A stretch of 59,452 bases of DNA from a virus (taxonomy: Duplodnaviria; Caudoviricetes): IMG/VR virus record IMGVR_UViG_3300032301_000880, positions 1-59,452 of that record; one strand, 5' to 3'. The notes under the pieces were generated by a model that made no database searches, was not told where the DNA came from, and saw nothing but the letters and a program-made list of their open reading frames with translations. The translations under genes were made by a program, and so were the position numbers. Of the stretch, positions 57,784 to 59,452 are shown piece after piece. Each line of letters starts with the position of its first letter. Position 1 is the first letter of the stretch.

Positions 57784-59375
57784 AAGTCTGCTTTTATTGT
57801 TGGTTGCTTCGTTTGCCCATGAACCATAAGGTATTGTTCATACCCAAACTGCTTCATGAACTGCTTAAACAGCATTACATTCGTTTCCCGTTCAGGGCTT
57901 TCTTTCATCCAGTTTGTCGTATGGCTCATGTGGTAACATACGTTCTCCTGCAACTTAGCAAACTGGCATTTTAACTCTGGAGGGTTGCCGTACAGTTTGT
58001 ATTCAAAGATTTTCCTCCAAACAAAATCCCATCCCTCATTGCCTAAATACATATCCAAGTAAGGGACGTATTTAACATCGCTGAGGATAGCATCTAAGAA
58101 CCCAAACGTACAGGCAAACAGATCCGTTCCCACATAGGTAGGCATATCAGCAATGTCTTGGTAGGTTAAGCACTTAGGAACTGTTGTTTCAACCCTGCTG
58201 GCATAAGTAGCCCCGCCGTTATTTTTAACCGCCCGACGAATAAAGAATAAGGATTCCGGGACCAGACCGATATCAGTATTGGTGAACATGAAAATATCTT
58301 TAGGTTGCGCACCCATAGCGATTCCAGATTCAAAGCCATTAATAAAGATTTCCCCGATAGTCATTATCTCATCGCCAGCTTTCCTTTGTGTAAACTGTTT
58401 GTAGTAAATATCCTGCTCTGGGAGTACCGTGTAACTCATCTGGACTACTGAGTGTCTACGCTTGGCAAGCAAATCCCTTTCATCGTAAACGTTGTACGTA
58501 TGGAAGATTTTCTGACTGCTTAAATCTTCAAACATACTCATCCCGTACAAAGGCTTGTTGTCCAACAAGGAAATATTCTTTTCCCAGTTGAAGAAGTTAT
58601 TCATAACCATCTTTAAGTTGCTAATTCCGGAATGGGTTAACAACTCCTTAGCAGTAAAGCGGGATAAACAATCAGCGTATTCTATGCTATGGCTGTACTG
58701 CTTATGCCAGGATATGAGTATACGAGCATCTCCAATATCTAAGTCATGGTAAGTAGCAGTGTCGTTGGTGAGTAATAAAACCCGCCCCTCTTTTTGTCCG
58801 ATTGCCCGTTTTACCCATCCCGCCAAATCGCTGTACCTTGACAAGCGAACATCGGTAATGTCCAACACTTTTATCTTTAGATAATCCGCTATCTTATAAA
58901 CAGTAGAACGTATCTGCGCTATCATAGGCGCATCAATAGCACTGGATTCCCCTGATAAATTAAGGACTATCCAATCGCTTTTAATCTCCATCACCTTAGA
59001 AACCGTTCGCCCCTCAAACGTAGACAACTCCAGATAGATAGGAGATATTTGCGCCGCATGGTAGTTCTTGAACTGTATCGTTTCCTCAAGGGGTGTTCCG
59101 TTCGCCTGGCAAACAATAATCTTATCATCAGGAAATAGGCTCTGGGCTAACACATAAGCGTCCTGCCATTCGTGGGTGTAGCCATCGTGTAAATGCACTT
59201 GGTATCTCGATAACTTACCCCCCTCTTCAAATAAATGTCCGTTGCTCTTATGTACAAAAAAGAGGATGTCCGAAGGACTGCATATCAAGCCCCCGTTTTC
59301 CTCTATTGCACAAATAGCATTGTGCATCTGTAACAAATCTCCTGTCTTAGATAGCTGTATCAGCACATATTTCAT
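57777..59375 (-). CDS. Two-domain glycosyltransferase-like protein (GT9-like plus GT-A-like)
   Basis: N-terminal IQLSKTGDLL and LLTNDTATYH (GT9 pattern). C-half FTNTDI, GTDLF, WDF and YHMSH. Confidence 0.55.
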   Translation of the reverse strand: MKYVLIQLSKTGDLLQMHNAICAIEENGGLICSPSDILFFVHKSNGHLFEEGGKLSRYQVHLHDGYTHEWQDAYVLAQSLFPDDKIIVCQANGTPLEETIQFKNYHAAQISPIYLELSTFEGRTVSKVMEIKSDWIVLNLSGESSAIDAPMIAQIRSTVYKIADYLKIKVLDITDVRLSRYSDLAGWVKRAIGQKEGRVLLLTNDTATYHDLDIGDARILISWHKQYSHSIEYADCLSRFTAKELLTHSGISNLKMVMNNFFNWEKNISLLDNKPLYGMSMFEDLSSQKIFHTYNVYDERDLLAKRRHSVVQMSYTVLPEQDIYYKQFTQRKAGDEIMTIGEIFINGFESGIAMGAQPKDIFMFTNTDIGLVPESLFFIRRAVKNNGGATYASRVETTVPKCLTYQDIADMPTYVGTDLFACTFGFLDAILSDVKYVPYLDMYLGNEGWDFVWRKIFEYKLYGNPPELKCQFAKLQENVCYHMSHTTNWMKESPERETNVMLFKQFMKQFGYEQYLMVHGQTKQPTIKADLW

Positions 59376-59452
59376 GACCTGTTGATACGAATACTAAGGG
59401 AAAAAGGTTACACATATTCCAAAAAAAACACTTGCCCCGAAAGAGACAAGTG

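Noticed and set aside
282-58812. CRISPR array or REP/MITE family from the CCGCC repeats
   Set aside because: Copies are dispersed and degenerate, not regularly spaced, often inside genes, and most are not self-complementary.
1-59452. Stop-codon reassignment as in some crAss-like phages
   Set aside because: Long genes are intact in the standard code, and TAA, TAG and TGA all terminate genes. Only one isolated in-frame TGA was seen.

Overview
The window is about 59 kb of a tailed dsDNA phage genome, most likely a Bacteroidota podovirus with a crAss-like virion module. Host inference rests on TAnnTTTG promoters and A-rich leaders without Shine-Dalgarno sites. 1-22.2 kb (minus strand) holds cargo/ejection proteins, a nozzle, three tail-ring paralogues, major capsid, scaffold and portal. 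22-37.7 kb holds the large terminase and DNA-modification/replication genes (three DNA methyltransferases, two PAPS-reductase-like genes, DnaB). A ~950 bp non-coding region contains a XerCD dif-like site. 38.6-44.9 kb is an early/host-takeover cluster (ArdC-N, MoxR/VWA, RadC-JAB, clamp-like). 44.9-59.4 kb (mostly minus) holds a nuclease, NinB, replication initiator, fibre proteins, SSB, SNF2, SMC-like ATPase, FkbM and a glycosyltransferase. No polymerase, integrase, CRISPR array or canonical tRNA was recognised. The most striking non-coding signals are: (i) five tRNA-minihelix mimics punctuating the early operon; (ii) about 40 copies of a ~30-bp CCGCC-anchored motif at nearly every promoter or gene junction; (iii) about 13 ECF-sigma-type promoters; (iv) a dif-like site with an IHF-type box; (v) an attC-bounded methyltransferase cassette. 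All protein calls come from motif recognition by eye, not from database searches.
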